Source: Candidatus Poribacteria bacterium (GTDB taxonomy: Bacteria > Poribacteria > WGA-4E > PCPOR2b). From it: a stretch of 64,000 bases of DNA. The first letter of the stretch is position 1; every line of letters starts with the position of its first letter. The translations under genes and the position numbers were made by a program. The notes under the pieces are model-generated. The model worked only from the letters and a program-made list of their open reading frames with translations, was not told the origin of the DNA and made no database searches. The stretch is taken from positions 5,632,001 through 5,696,000 of the forward strand of contig OZ220744.1 in NCBI GenBank assembly GCA_965116925.1, written 5' to 3'. Shown one piece after another: positions 55,408 through 64,000 of this stretch.

Positions 55408-58113
55408 TTATTTTAGGATGATCATCCGCTTGACATCCGTGAAGTCGCTAGCTTGTAGATGGTAAAAATAGAGGCCACTACTGACTAGCTCGCCACGTCC
55501 GTTGCGACCATCCCAATAAGCTGCGCGTCCTTTGGTAAGATATGAGCCAGCAGCTTGATCGCCTATCGGAATTGTACGTATCCGTTCACCTGACTGGTTG
55601 TAGATAATGATAGCCACATCCGCATCAGAGGCGAGTTGATAGGGGATCCACGTCTCTGGATTGAACGGATTTGGATAATTCTGAAGCAGCTGGGTGTGCA
55701 TCGGGGCGATACTATCGAAGGTTAGGTGAAGCGTTGTATACGCTTTCCGAATATCATCGGCTGTAATGGCATAGTCTATTTTTCCGATAGATTTATCTGA
55801 AGCTGCATCGGTAAGCGTCAAACGCAAAGTATCGCCGACTTTGACAACTGGGGTTCGATTCAAATCAGCATAGCCTATAGTAAATCTATCACCTGCTTCC
55901 GCTAATCCTTTTGTCAACCGATTACCTGTCTTCAGATTGTCAACGCTAATTTGGTAAGATCCTTGGAATCCTTCACGGTCCATCACCCCATCAACAACGA
56001 ATGCCCAGAGCGTTCCGCTAGCGGAGGGTGCGCTCGCCGCTTCAGCGGCTTGCGTCGCTTCGGAATCGTCCCAAGGGTCTCCTGTGAATGTGACTGCCCC
56101 ACCTTCCGGAGTATTGACAATATACCCCCGTCCGCCTTCAATCGGGAAGCCATCCCCAGGTGTTGTGTCGGTATGAGATACGAACTCGCCGTCATCGGCA
56201 GCGATAATAACCGTTGATCCTACCATCTCCATAAAGCTGCTCGCTGTCAGCGGCGTCTCTGGACGTAGTGGCGGTGAAATGATATTTAATCCGTTATCCA
56301 GATGCACGGTATAAGTATAAATGCGTTCTTCCTCGGGTTCATCTTCAGTGGGCAGCCTAACATCTTCAGGTGAACCATCAAGGGTGCTGGTTACCGTTGC
56401 CAAGTTGTTTGCGGCACGACGAAAGAAGGGAGCCCAGTAAAGTCTGACAGCCTCGACTTTGTCGATTTCGTCGGGAGTGGGTCCATCTTCACCCATGGCA
56501 AGCAGGATAAATGCAGTCCGAAAGTCTTTCTGAGAAGATTCAGCATCGGGGATTCGCACCCCGTTTACCGCAATAATATCTTCAACTCTTATCTCTTGCC
56601 TATCACCCCGAAAATTAACGTCCCCTAAGGAATACGAACTCTGTAGCTGATCTGCAGATATAATCTGTTGATTATAAGGCGGTGGAATATCCAAATCATG
56701 GGGGTCGGTCACCAAAAAGGTTGGCGGTACATCTTCCGGCTTGAGTAAACCCATTAGATATAAATCGAGTGGGCTATAAATATCTTTGGGAGCCAAGGTA
56801 GTGAACGTACCATCCCCGTTATCTTGGATGTCATTGCCGCCCAGAAGCGATCCACTGGTATGCAGGAAAAAATTCCAATGTGCCCGGTCCCGAGTTAACA
56901 ATACAGGGGGATCGATGAAAGCTAGCCACGTATGCCCAAATTCGTGCGCGAGGACACTTAGCGTGGATGTTGCTGAACCAAACGTATTCTCTAAGGGATC
57001 ATCCTCCCATACCTTCAAGTTTTTCATGGTGAGGAAGCTCTTGAGTTTTCCTTGGCTGCCGTACTCGGAGGTATGATCAAATTGCGGAAAGATTTCTGAT
57101 CTGTTGGGATTGCCAATACCCAGAACATCATTCTGAACGTTAATAGCAAAGGCGAGGACTCCTACTAGATCTAGGTTTGATTCAAAATTGGTGAAGAGAA
57201 CCAAACTATCAAAATCGTCGTTATGCGTTCGGTAGAACTCACGTGCAACGTTCTGCAGGTTGACAGTTGGTAGGTCCACGAAAACTTCCGCAATGGCACC
57301 CGTTGTTCCCTCAAACGGCAAATCGTCTGAATAGTCCACTAAATTCACTTGAAAGGCATCATCAAGTCCACCGGGGGATACGCCAACAATACCTGTCCTC
57401 ACATCAGATTTCTCAAAAGCGATATCAATGACGCCTGTATCAAACAAGATGACCTGCATTGTTAGGGATGCCGCGCTACCGAAGAAATCGTCGCTGAACG
57501 CCTCAACATTGAACCAAGTGACAGTCACTTGCTTTGAAGATTGCTTCACTTCAACGGTTGGGGTCTCTCCACCACCGCCGAATGGGTCAGGAAATGGGTC
57601 AAACGGGTTCAGGTCAGTGTACAGTACGCCGATACGAGGTGATTCCGCCAAAAATCGCTGCAGGTCTCGCGCCCATGAAGCGGCATCCCCTTTGCCGAAT
57701 GTCAAGTTCCCATCTGAATTAACAAAAAACTCCGTATATTCCTCACCAAAAAATGGGAAATCGAACTCGATTTCGACCTTCTTACTGTCGTCATCACTCA
57801 ACTGCAATACATCACCAAAAGCTTGGACAAACTCAACATCTTCTGGCATGGATACATCGTATCCGCCTAGGTCATTGGGTGTGAAGCGTAAATTTTGTCC
57901 CGCCAAATCGAAGGTGTTCTTGGGTTGGACGATGTGCTCGTTGCCGTTGATGACCACCAAATTTCCGACATCAGCAGATGTCGATTCAAAGGTGACTGCT
58001 CCCGCCGTGTTTAGCTGTAGCCTTTGATGTGGTTCATCGCCAGATTTGGCTTGGGCCTGTAGAGAAAAGATAACCAAAAGTGTAGCAGTAACAACCAACA
58101 ATTTTCGTGTCAT
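55408..58113 (-). CDS. Large secreted putative zinc metalloprotease with C-terminal FlgD-Ig/T9SS-like domain
   Basis: Signal peptide; nidogen-like FDFPFFG...NSDGNLTFG; AHEFGH (HExxH); LLQNYPNPFNPETWIPYQL...WDGRN..GE.VSSG.YFY. Confidence 0.75.
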   Translation of the reverse strand: MTRKLLVVTATLLVIFSLQAQAKSGDEPHQRLQLNTAGAVTFESTSADVGNLVVINGNEHIVQPKNTFDLAGQNLRFTPNDLGGYDVSMPEDVEFVQAFGDVLQLSDDDSKKVEIEFDFPFFGEEYTEFFVNSDGNLTFGKGDAASWARDLQRFLAESPRIGVLYTDLNPFDPFPDPFGGGGETPTVEVKQSSKQVTVTWFNVEAFSDDFFGSAASLTMQVILFDTGVIDIAFEKSDVRTGIVGVSPGGLDDAFQVNLVDYSDDLPFEGTTGAIAEVFVDLPTVNLQNVAREFYRTHNDDFDSLVLFTNFESNLDLVGVLAFAINVQNDVLGIGNPNRSEIFPQFDHTSEYGSQGKLKSFLTMKNLKVWEDDPLENTFGSATSTLSVLAHEFGHTWLAFIDPPVLLTRDRAHWNFFLHTSGSLLGGNDIQDNGDGTFTTLAPKDIYSPLDLYLMGLLKPEDVPPTFLVTDPHDLDIPPPYNQQIISADQLQSSYSLGDVNFRGDRQEIRVEDIIAVNGVRIPDAESSQKDFRTAFILLAMGEDGPTPDEIDKVEAVRLYWAPFFRRAANNLATVTSTLDGSPEDVRLPTEDEPEEERIYTYTVHLDNGLNIISPPLRPETPLTASSFMEMVGSTVIIAADDGEFVSHTDTTPGDGFPIEGGRGYIVNTPEGGAVTFTGDPWDDSEATQAAEAASAPSASGTLWAFVVDGVMDREGFQGSYQISVDNLKTGNRLTKGLAEAGDRFTIGYADLNRTPVVKVGDTLRLTLTDAASDKSIGKIDYAITADDIRKAYTTLHLTFDSIAPMHTQLLQNYPNPFNPETWIPYQLASDADVAIIIYNQSGERIRTIPIGDQAAGSYLTKGRAAYWDGRNGRGELVSSGLYFYHLQASDFTDVKRMIILK

Positions 58114-58219
58114 TAAAAAAATAACCTCCTAATGGAGTTGTGTTTTTGGATTGATAATTAACAAATTGCAAAGCGTAAAAAATACGGTTTTTACGCTTTA
58201 TACATAAGGTAAATTCACT

Positions 58220-59080
58220 CTAAGATGGACGGAGTGAAGTGTCCATCGGTTTGTCAACCTGTACAGTTGTGGTTTCGCTAACTGGCTGAGATAATTTTGC
58301 ATCAGGTTGCCCTGTGTTTCCATCGCCCTGATCATTTCGACTGAGGAAAGCGACGCGGCCACCATATGCTAATCGGAGATTCTGTTCTGTAAATACTTCC
58401 TTCACTGGACCGCTAGCGATTCGACGCACGTTCAGCAGTGTTACGGAATCAAAGTAATCTGCCACCGTTTGTAAATCGTGATGAACAGCAACGACGGTCT
58501 TACCGGCAGCACGCAGGTCTTGCAAAAGTGCAACGATTGCTCGCTCGGTTGTCGCATCAACACCTTGAAACGGTTCGTCCATGAAGTACACTTGGGCGTC
58601 CTGCACCAACGCCCGTGCCAAGAAGACCCGCTGCTGTTGTCCGCCAGAGAGTTGGCTAATCTGCCGGTCTGCAAAGTCATGCATCCCAACATTTTCAAGT
58701 GCTTTCATTCCCCGTGCACGTTCTCGACGCCCCGGCCGACGTCCCCAGCCCAAGGTGCCATAACAACCCATCATGACTACATCCAACACGCTTGTCGGAA
58801 AATCCCAGTCAACGCTCCCGCGTTGGGGTACGTATCCTACGAGTTGGCGCTGATCGGTGTATGGTTGACCGTAGATTAATACCCGCCCTGCTGCCGCTGC
58901 CACTAGCCCCAAGATTGCCTTGATGAGCGTCGTTTTGCCGGCACCGTTGGGACCGACGATCGCCATGAGGACTCCCGATGGCACGTTAAGGTCTACATCC
59001 CACAACACTGGTTGATCCCGGTAAGCTACGGTCAAATCCGCTACCTCGGTAGCCAATGGCGCATTCAAGGATTTTGTCAT
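58220..59080 (-). CDS. troB: Mn/Zn ABC transporter ATP-binding protein (TroB-like)
   Basis: [25 protein letters not shown]. Confidence 0.9.
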   Translation of the reverse strand: MTKSLNAPLATEVADLTVAYRDQPVLWDVDLNVPSGVLMAIVGPNGAGKTTLIKAILGLVAAAAGRVLIYGQPYTDQRQLVGYVPQRGSVDWDFPTSVLDVVMMGCYGTLGWGRRPGRRERARGMKALENVGMHDFADRQISQLSGGQQQRVFLARALVQDAQVYFMDEPFQGVDATTERAIVALLQDLRAAGKTVVAVHHDLQTVADYFDSVTLLNVRRIASGPVKEVFTEQNLRLAYGGRVAFLSRNDQGDGNTGQPDAKLSQPVSETTTVQVDKPMDTSLRPS

Positions 59081-59132
59081 GTCATCCGCCCCCTCTCGCA
59101 CACCAACACTCGCTCGCCTATCTGTTGCTTTT

Positions 59133-60098
59133 TTAGTTCGTCACTGTTTGCAAAAGCGATGCTACGATTGTATCAATGTTATGACGTACCATTCCAATGT
59201 ACGTGCCTTCTGGCGTTCCTGACGGTCCCATCGCATCCGAGAAAAGCTGCCCACCAATTTCTACAGAGAATCCTTTCGCCTTCACAGCGGCTTGTACTGC
59301 CTCAATGCTACGGCGGGGCACAGATGTTTCGACAAACATGGCGGGGATGCGGCGTTCAACGATAAACTGAACTAACGCTTGCACATCAGCTGTGCCCGCT
59401 TCAGTCGCCGTACTAATTCCCTGAAGCCCACGCACCTCGAACCCGTAAGCGCGACCAAAGTAATTGAAGGCATCATGGGCTGTAACAAGGACTCTTTGGT
59501 CGGGAGACACTCGCTCCGCCTGCCGCATCACATAATTGTGCAGCTCCTCTAACTTCGCTAGGTAATTCTTCGTATTCGTCCGGTATAACTCCGCACTGTC
59601 CTTATCTACCTCAATCAGCGTATCCCGTACGCGCTCAACCACCTTTATCCAGAGGGTTACGTCGAACCAGACATGTGGATCGTATGCTCCCTCGAACTCC
59701 GGCGGTGCCAACAGGGCTGCCCTATCAATGTCCTGTGTGACAGTAACCGTCTTTACTTGATCCTGCATCCTTTCGAGAACGCCTGCCATTTTCCCTTCCA
59801 GATGCAAGCCGTTGTAAAAGATAAGATCCGCCCCCGCTAGCCGAGCAACATCACCTTCACTCGCTTTGTACAGGTGGGGGTCAATACCGGGTCCCATCAA
59901 ACCGGTCGCATTGACACGATCGCCCCCAACATTCTGAACAATATCGGTAATCATGCCGATTGTCGTCACCACGCGAATCGGTTTTTGGCTAGATATCCCT
60001 GTTGCACTTGATGTCTTTTCATTAGCCTTATCCGACTGCTGGTCACAAGCGACAAACAGTATCATCACGAAAACCAATGATCCATAGATTATGCGCAT
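59133..60098 (-). CDS. troA: Mn/Zn ABC transporter substrate-binding lipoprotein (TroA-like)
   Basis: Lipobox FVAC; DPHLY; DPHVW; HDAF; SDAMG. Confidence 0.9.
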   Translation of the reverse strand: MRIIYGSLVFVMILFVACDQQSDKANEKTSSATGISSQKPIRVVTTIGMITDIVQNVGGDRVNATGLMGPGIDPHLYKASEGDVARLAGADLIFYNGLHLEGKMAGVLERMQDQVKTVTVTQDIDRAALLAPPEFEGAYDPHVWFDVTLWIKVVERVRDTLIEVDKDSAELYRTNTKNYLAKLEELHNYVMRQAERVSPDQRVLVTAHDAFNYFGRAYGFEVRGLQGISTATEAGTADVQALVQFIVERRIPAMFVETSVPRRSIEAVQAAVKAKGFSVEIGGQLFSDAMGPSGTPEGTYIGMVRHNIDTIVASLLQTVTN

Positions 60099-60164
60099 AC
60101 TTTTCCTTACCCTTTCTTAAGATTGGCATCACACGGATTTCTATCGGTGTAAGTTTTATGAAGA

Positions 60165-60824
60165 TTATGTTGTCTGAGGACTTACAAACACATTTCCTGC
60201 AACTTCACGACCAACAAAGTGCTCGGTCTGATCAATCCTCAAACGCAACGGTCCGTTAAACGGTTCTTTCGCTACAACATGAACAACGGTGCCCGGCAGG
60301 ATGCCCAACTGATCGAGGTAACGCAGCATTTCGGAATCATTATCATTGACATGCTGAACGGTGGCAGAACTGCCCGCATCAACCTCTGCTAGCGTTTCAT
60401 AAGCGACCTCTTGGAGTGCGCCATCCTTTGCTGGGATGGCGTGTCCGTGGGGGTCGGTTGTCGGATGTCCTAACGCCTCGCTCATCCTTTCCTCAAACTC
60501 CTCGGAAATAACATGTTCCAGTTTATCCGCTTCATCGTGCACTTTGTCCCAAGTAAATCCCATGATTTGAACGAGATAAAGTTCTAGTAACCGGTGATGG
60601 CGAATAATCTCTTGAGCGATTTTCTTCCCACCCTCTGTCAATTCAACGCCTTGATAAGAGGCGTACTCCAGCAATCCCATCGCCGCCAGTTTTCGGATCA
60701 TACCGGTGACAGATGCGGCAGAAACCTCCATTTGCTGGGCAATGGCAGAGGTGGAGACCTTCTCCTGACCCTCCTGCAGCAGGTAGACCGTCTTCAGATA
60801 ATCTTCCATCGCATGGGTTATCAT
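60165..60824 (-). CDS. DtxR/MntR/TroR family metal-dependent repressor with FeoA domain
   Basis: EDYLK; HRLLE; EADKLEH; DPHGHAIP. Confidence 0.93.
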   Translation of the reverse strand: MITHAMEDYLKTVYLLQEGQEKVSTSAIAQQMEVSAASVTGMIRKLAAMGLLEYASYQGVELTEGGKKIAQEIIRHHRLLELYLVQIMGFTWDKVHDEADKLEHVISEEFEERMSEALGHPTTDPHGHAIPAKDGALQEVAYETLAEVDAGSSATVQHVNDNDSEMLRYLDQLGILPGTVVHVVAKEPFNGPLRLRIDQTEHFVGREVAGNVFVSPQTT

Positions 60825-60846
60825 TCTTGACCATCCAAAAATTAGA

Positions 60847-60862
60847 TTTAGACATTCCTAAA
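60847..60862. promoter_or_regulatory. Putative DtxR/TroR operator
   Basis: TTTAG-ACATTC-CTAAA inverted repeat between the promoter and the repressor start. Confidence 0.65.
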
Positions 60863-60876
60863 ATTTTAATTAGTAT

Positions 60877-60906
60877 ATGATAACCCATTTTTTAGGAGGT
60901 TGTCAA
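60877..60906 (-). promoter_or_regulatory. sigma70-type promoter of the tro operon
   Basis: TTGACA-N18-TATCAT. Confidence 0.6.
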
Positions 60907-61122
60907 CCTTATTTTTGAGGAAGGGGGCAGGATATGAGGAAAACAAACGCAAAGTGAGTTACAAGCTACGTAGGAGCGATAGCTGACACTTGAATCCAAT
61001 CAATTTTTCCCAAGACTTGCACATAAATATTTGGACAGATTCACCGTTTTGTGCTAAAGTGGAGACTCGCCTCGCTCTATAAGCACTACGCAATATTTTT
61101 CGTGTATCAGGAGGGATTTACG

Positions 61123-62208
61123 TTGAAGACATATCGAGCAGCGGTTATCGGATGCAGTCGCATGGGAGCGTTTATCGACAATGAGGTTGTTGGGGCACCG
61201 GGGCATGTGCCTCCCTACTCGCACACGGCAGTATTCACAGCCTGCGCGCGGACAGACCTGATTGCGTGCTCAGATCTGCGTCCAGAGGTTATGGCTGAAG
61301 TCGGGCTGCAGTTTAATATTCCGAAAGAAAAGCAGTATACTGACTATAAAGAATTAATTGACAAGGAGCAGCCGGACATCGTCAGTGTTGCTACGCAGCC
61401 GGAGCATCGTGCCGAGATTGTTATCTACGCTGCCGAGCACGGTGCCAAAGCAATCTATGCTGAAAAGGCGATGGCGGCATCAATGGCGGAAGCTGACGCA
61501 ATGGTTGAAACCTGTGAGCATAACGGGATCTTTTTTAACCTCGGCACCCAGCGGCGGTGGCATCCCGGCTTCACCAAAATGAAGGAAATCATCGACAGTG
61601 GCAAGCTGGGTGCTCCGAAGACAATTATCTTCAACGGCAGTACGTTGTTTAATGGGGCAAGCCATTACTACGATAACCTGTTGTTCCTCAACAGCGACCG
61701 GCGTGCAGTCTGGGTCCAAGCGCATCTGACGGAGGGCAATTGGCGGGTTGAAGGGGAGCGATTGACTGAAGACCCAATTGGACACGGTATTATTCATTTT
61801 GAGAACGATGTGACGGCGTATGCTGTAACCCCCAGCCGTGAAATTGAGTGGGAAGTCAACTGTGAGAAAGGGAGCTTGACCGCCTTGCCCGACAGCGTTT
61901 ATCGAATGCGAGAAGAGGGACCACCGGGCTACCGAGGGCAGCCGACGATTGTGGACGCAGCGTTTCCCGACTATGAGCCTGCCAGTCCAAACCTGCGGCT
62001 TGTGGAAGACCTCGTCCATTCGCTTGACACCAGCGAGCCTCCCCGCGGTGGGGTTCGGGCGGCATACGCCGGCACAGAACTGATCTTTGCAACCATCGAG
62101 TCACATCTGCGTGGCGGGGCACGGGTCGAATTGCCGTTGAAGGGCCGTCCAATCCGGCTCCTGAGAGACCGCACACCTCGACAACCGAGGTATAGTCCCC
62201 AGACCTGA
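61123..62208 (+). CDS. Gfo/Idh/MocA family oxidoreductase
   Basis: TTG start after GGAGG; AAVIGCSRMG; EKAMA. Confidence 0.85.
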   Translation: MKTYRAAVIGCSRMGAFIDNEVVGAPGHVPPYSHTAVFTACARTDLIACSDLRPEVMAEVGLQFNIPKEKQYTDYKELIDKEQPDIVSVATQPEHRAEIVIYAAEHGAKAIYAEKAMAASMAEADAMVETCEHNGIFFNLGTQRRWHPGFTKMKEIIDSGKLGAPKTIIFNGSTLFNGASHYYDNLLFLNSDRRAVWVQAHLTEGNWRVEGERLTEDPIGHGIIHFENDVTAYAVTPSREIEWEVNCEKGSLTALPDSVYRMREEGPPGYRGQPTIVDAAFPDYEPASPNLRLVEDLVHSLDTSEPPRGGVRAAYAGTELIFATIESHLRGGARVELPLKGRPIRLLRDRTPRQPRYSPQT

Positions 62209-62240
62209 TAGGTGGTTATGATGGAAAGGAAAACAGGGCA

Positions 62241-63959
62241 ATGCAGAAGACGATATCAATCGAGAACACCGCCCAAGGCTATCTTGAGCTACTGCGTGAA
62301 AGGGGTATCAAATACTTCTTCGGCAACGCCGGCACCGATTTCGCCTCATTGGTGGATGCCTTCGCCAAGTTTGCGGAAGAGGGGAAGCAATACCCGCGTC
62401 CCATCACGGTGCCACACGAGTTCGTCGCGGTGAGTATGGCACACGGCTACTATATGGTTACGGGCGAACCGCAGGTTGTGATGGTCCACGTGATCGTTGG
62501 GACCGCCAATGCCTCTGGTGCCATCATCAACGCAGCGCGCGCCCATGTTCCTATCATCTTCAGTGCGGGACGTACCCCCTTGACCGAAGCCGGTTTCACC
62601 GGTTCGCGGAACGTGCTTATCCATTGGGCGCAGGAATCGTTTGATCAGGCAAGTCTTGTGCGGGAATTTGTTAAGTGGGATTATGAGCTGCGGAATTTCG
62701 CACAGTTGGAGACGGTAGTGGATAGAGCGTTAGCAATTGCTACCTCAGAGCCGGGTGGTCCTGTGTATCTGACGCTTCCGCGGGAGGTGCTTGCCGAATC
62801 CCACGAAGCCCTGACCATCAGCACTGTGCCAAGACAGCGGGCACACCGAGTAACCATCCCCGATGCCTCTCAGGTGAAGGAGGTTGCCAAACTCATTGCT
62901 CAGGCAACAAACCCCCTCATTATCACATCGGGAGTGGGGAGAGATCCGCAAGCCGTAGAGGCACTGATTGCATTTGCCGAATCTTTTGCGATTCCGGTCG
63001 TCGTAGGGGTGGGCAAGACGCACATGAATTTCCCCACATCTCACCCATTGCACCTCGGTTATGATGCAACCCCATATCTGAGGGAAGCGGATGTTGTGTT
63101 GGTCATTGATACCGATGTCCCTTGGTTACCCACGGTGGTTAGCCCCAAAGAGACAGCACATGTTATTCAACTGGGGCATGAGCCGCTCTACAATCGCTAT
63201 CCGATTCGAGGACATGCCGCAGACATTGCGTTGGCTGCTCAGCCAACAGCGACACTCCGCCTGCTGACCGAAGAGATGTTACCGTATCAGGAGCAGGCGG
63301 CGCAAAAGATTGCCAACCGCTTTGAAACAGTGAGAGCAGAACATAAGCAGCAGCGAGAGGCTTGGAGCGCAGAGGCGGAGGCGGTCAAAGGGGATAAGCC
63401 GATTGATCCGACGTGGCTATCCGCCTGTATTAACCAAGTCTTGGATGCGGAGACTGTATTGATCAATGAATACGACTTGGTGCCAACACAGGTTGATCTG
63501 ACTGTCCCCGGCAGCTTCTTTGGTCCTTCACCTGCTGCGGGACTTGGGTGGGGCATAGGCGCAGCGTTAGGAGCAAAATTGGCTGCACCGGAGAAAACCG
63601 TCATCGCCACGGTAGGCGACGGCAGCTACCTCTTTAACGTTCCTACCTCCTGCCATTTTGTATCCCAAGCGTATAATTTGCCAATTCTGGTGGTCGTCTT
63701 TAATAACCGATGTTGGGGAGCGGTAAGAGGGGCAGCCGCGTCGATTCACCCAGAGGGTTGGGCGGTGAAAACTAACCATTTTCCCCTCAGTGAGCTTTCA
63801 CCTACTCCCGCCTACGAGGTGATTTGTCAGGCGAATGGTGGATACGGGGAACGGGTCGAGGAACCCGATGCGGTGTTGCCGGCACTTAAGCGTGCGCTGC
63901 ACGCGGTAAAGAAAGAAGGACGACAAGCGGTGCTTAATGTAATCTGCAAGCACCCGTAA
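62241..63959 (+). CDS. Thiamine pyrophosphate-requiring enzyme (acetolactate synthase/benzoylformate decarboxylase-like)
   Basis: GNAGTDF; PHE; GPVYL; GDGS...NN TPP motif. Confidence 0.9.
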   Translation: MQKTISIENTAQGYLELLRERGIKYFFGNAGTDFASLVDAFAKFAEEGKQYPRPITVPHEFVAVSMAHGYYMVTGEPQVVMVHVIVGTANASGAIINAARAHVPIIFSAGRTPLTEAGFTGSRNVLIHWAQESFDQASLVREFVKWDYELRNFAQLETVVDRALAIATSEPGGPVYLTLPREVLAESHEALTISTVPRQRAHRVTIPDASQVKEVAKLIAQATNPLIITSGVGRDPQAVEALIAFAESFAIPVVVGVGKTHMNFPTSHPLHLGYDATPYLREADVVLVIDTDVPWLPTVVSPKETAHVIQLGHEPLYNRYPIRGHAADIALAAQPTATLRLLTEEMLPYQEQAAQKIANRFETVRAEHKQQREAWSAEAEAVKGDKPIDPTWLSACINQVLDAETVLINEYDLVPTQVDLTVPGSFFGPSPAAGLGWGIGAALGAKLAAPEKTVIATVGDGSYLFNVPTSCHFVSQAYNLPILVVVFNNRCWGAVRGAAASIHPEGWAVKTNHFPLSELSPTPAYEVICQANGGYGERVEEPDAVLPALKRALHAVKKEGRQAVLNVICKHP

Positions 63960-64000
63960 AGTAACAAGGTCAGGTCTTGTGCCTGCCCAACCCCCGGTCA

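Overview
Bacterial genomic DNA. The gene content suggests Candidatus Poribacteria or a relative, though this is inferred only from protein motifs: many secreted proteins end in a 'V-x-P-x-G-K-x-x-T-x-W-G-x-(L/I)-K' tail, there is a 'QNYPNPFNPETWIPYQL' C-terminal domain, a PhyH dioxygenase and several Gfo/Idh/MocA enzymes. The left 26 kb is an accessory tandem array on the minus strand. It holds six paralogous ECF sigma factors fused to a TM helix and an extracytoplasmic domain, interleaved with ten secreted PD40/TolB-like beta-propellers (one frameshifted) and one lectin-like gene. The array is punctuated by 7 copies of one terminator and 11 copies of a bipartite ECF-type promoter motif (GTGCTA-N16/17-GT[AG]TCT). 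Just left of it is an ORF the six-frame track splits: a signal peptide plus beta-barrel-like domain with two in-frame TGA codons in a U-x-x-U arrangement, followed by SECIS-like hairpins. This is a candidate double-selenocysteine protein. A second ECF family (sigma-TM-BNR propeller fusions, 2 copies, one frameshifted) lies at 33-39 kb. The rest is metabolic or housekeeping: CocE/NonD hydrolase, PhyH, msrP, DegT aminotransferase, GH4, glnS, gltX, trpA, enolase-family dehydratase, a DtxR/TroR-regulated Mn/Zn ABC operon interrupted by a large secreted HExxH protein, and a TPP enzyme. Intergenic DNA is rich in GTAG-type REP palindromes and several MITE-like families that carry REPs as cargo. No rRNA, tRNA, CRISPR array, transposase or integrase was recognised.
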